The notes below the pieces were generated by a model, which made no database searches, was not told the origin of the DNA, and worked only from the letters and a program-made list of their open reading frames with translations. A stretch of 63,993 nucleotides of DNA, filler included, from Atractiella rhizophila (lineage: Eukaryota): assembly GCA_021432655.1 (NCBI GenBank). It is 21 parts of 21 records of this genome, joined end to end, with 100 filler letters (N's around TTAATTAATTAA, not from the genome) between each part and the next. Parts side by side here need not be neighbours in the genome. Positions count along the whole stretch, not along the records: positions 61,392 to 63,993 come from MU272650.1; 20 more parts are not named here. One strand, written 5' to 3'. Each line of letters opens with the position of its first letter. The first letter of the stretch is position 1. Made by a program: the position numbers and the translations under genes. Positions 61,591 through 63,993 of the stretch are shown here, piece by piece.

Positions 61591-62560
61591 CCTGCACGAG
61601 ATATTGAGCAGCATTGCAGCTTTGTGACCCATTACTTCCATACAGGCTTTCGTCCGACCCACGACGTCCTTTGTTCGCTCCCACTCCTCCCACTTGACGC
61701 CTCCCATTGTGTGGACTAAAAAGCGGTGGTAGCGATGCCCCAGACCGCGATCCTGCATCTTCATCTTCAACTGATCCGCTACCTGAGCGACGATTGCCTT
61801 CACAGCGAGTTCAATGTCGCGTTTGGTAGGTCCCCAATTAACAGCCTGAGCGATCCCCGAACCCAGAGAGACGAGACAGGCAACTTGGCTTCCTTGTCCC
61901 CATATGCGCTTTGCCTCGTCAATCGCTATCGCCGCTGGGTTATTGTTCCCGATGGCGACATATTCGGTATTGTCAATGACGATAGAAGGAAAGAATTGAT
62001 GGGCAGAGGAAGTCGCTCTTGCTGCTTCCAACACGGTACATCGAGCAGCAGAATGAACTGGATCGGGGCCGTCGGTATGTGCGCATCTCTGTTGATACAA
62101 CTGCGTTTGATTCGTACCTTGACACGACAAAAGTTCTACATCTATCCCCAATTGCCGCATCCTTCATAGGAAGTCGAGAGGACAGTATAGACGATGGAGC
62201 GTGTCGTGTAATGATCTCCTGGAGGACGGCTGCAAGCGTCTTTGCGGAGTAGACATAGCCTTCATTCGAAAGTGGAGGTCCCTCGGAAAAGACGTCCTGC
62301 ATGATCTCTTCGTATGCGCTGATGGATTGTCGAACGGTCATGCCCAACCTTCCAAGCATGAGGGCGATCCACCCTCCCATGGAAGTGCCGCAGATCAGAT
62401 CGAAAACATCGCACCGCCGGACTACTTCTCCTTCGGGGACTTTGAGGAGGTTGCCAACCTGGAGCATGATGACTTCGAGCATGTAAAGCGCGGAGAAGGT
62501 ACAGATGCCACCGTTGTCGATAGCGAGGATTCGGAGTCCTTGTTGTTGGGGTAGGAGATC
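61591..62560 (-). pseudogene. Patatin-like phospholipase domain (NLR-effector type), frameshifted, catalytic Asp missing
   Basis: LRILAIDNGG, FDLICGTSMGG...MLGRL, EAARATS and CLVSLGSG. The frame changes near 62050 with no intron signal, and the DGG motif is replaced by YVAIGNNNP. Confidence 0.8.
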
Positions 62561-63993
62561 TAGAGGCAACGGGCAATGCGGGATGCGATAAGACGCGAAA
62601 TTGTGGACCAAAAATTGTCGGTTTGACGCTGAGGGAACGGCTAGGTTGATAGTACAGCTGCAATACAGAAAGATTTTGAACTCCGATGCCTTCATTAGAA
62701 GAAGGAACTTGTCGTCAACCTTGGCTGAATGCGTGGTCGTCATCAGACAAATTCCCAGGGTCTTCATGGTTGCTGGGATTTGATGTAGAAGGCTTAGGCG
62801 TCTTTTCGGAAGCTGAGTCCTCCATCGCTTAGAGCACGAGATGACATCGATGACAATTGGCGCAGAACTCCTTGTTGAACGGTGAGCGAAACTGAGGAAA
62901 TGCGTGTTAGATCTGGACTAGAGCTATCAGGAGGGAGAGCGGCTAAAGAATACTCGACTGGCTGTGAAGAAGAGGAAGAAGAGGAAGAAGAAACAAGGAA
63001 TACGGAACACAGTACAGCCACATGCCGATCCAAAGATCCGCACGTACGAAGGCATGAAAGAAAATCCAGACGAATATGAGGATGTGAGGATAAGAAGGGG
63101 AGGTAAGCTTAGGGCAACTCGAACAATTTGTCAACTCGCAAGACGGAGGAACGAATGCCAGGGAAAAGAAGGATGGCACTATGAACCATCCAGCACTGAA
63201 GAACTCTTGTCTAACGCAGCGGAGGGGGATCCTAAGAAGAAGTGGTGTTGTGGATAAGTTAAAGTTATGCTTCTGATGGAGATATGAAGGCTGCACAATA
63301 TCGAATTGACAAGGGAGAACACAAAGTTCATCCCTCATCTCAAGGTCGACATGCCAGGCTATAAATTTAAGACTCACAGGACCTCCAGAGACTCTTTCTT
63401 CGACCATGTAGAAACGCTTGACATTCAACACACAAAACTCAGGAACAATGCGATATCTTGCTCTCTTTGACGCGTGAGAGAGTGTGTGAGCAGACCCGTC
63501 GCCGGGTCGGCGATGTCGGGGTTAAGGTCTGGTCTAAAACTGGTGAACAAGTTTTGCGAAAATTTGTGCGGCGAAACAGAGGGGGTGGGCTTAATTCCCA
63601 GGCCTCATTTGGTTGGAAGGCCGGCCGGATGAGCTTCCAAAAAAATAAATCTGGCATACAAGCTCAACATATTGACACTTTGGCAACTGCACTGATGCTG
63701 CTCAAAAACAATGCAGCATCTGCGGAGAAATATTTAAGGACACGGAAGGGTACTCCAACACACCAGATAGAAGCCAGTGATGGAAGAGAGAAATTTAAAG
63801 TTTCTATTGATGAGTTCGATGGGTGGTTAGCAAAGGAAGCTGAGAGAGTGGAGTGGAGAGTTGCAACAGGATGGGATACTCTTCTGAAAGAGTGTATTGG
63901 AAATGGTGATCCTGGCCAACAGACACAGCCTTTTGTGTTCTGTTTCATGGACAAATGGCAGAACGAGCTGTTATCAGAGTTTGGACAGACAGC

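Overview
This window is eukaryotic, not prokaryotic. It is a concatenation of 21 short fungal contigs, probably from a basidiomycete (inferred from short GT-AG introns with CTRAC-type branch sites, a chitin synthase, gamma-tubulin and a Plavaka transposase). The complete contigs run from about 3.05 kb down to 2.89 kb in descending size order. They are joined by artificial 100-nt spacers (44 N + TTAATTAATTAA + 44 N), so adjacency across spacers has no biological meaning. Intron-containing housekeeping genes include gamma-tubulin, chitin synthase, a mitochondrial adenylate kinase, a xylitol/sorbitol dehydrogenase, a SOD-fold mitoribosomal protein, a DUF1765-like protein, a metallophosphoesterase, a CBM21 protein, a BTB/POZ protein and a methyltransferase. 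Mobile DNA includes a copia end, a foldback element, solo LTRs, Plavaka, CACTA, pogo/Tc1 fragments and a tRNA-derived element. The most notable items are: (1) an NLR-type, internally conserved TPR array that appears to be spliced in frame to an F-box plus leucine-rich domain; (2) a ~900-bp long-TIR element with a target-site duplication nested in a copia LTR; (3) a tRNA-Leu-like head lacking an anticodon loop, possibly a SINE; (4) a patatin domain lacking its catalytic Asp; (5) a small secreted 6-Cys protein. All calls come from motif recognition by eye; no database searches were run.
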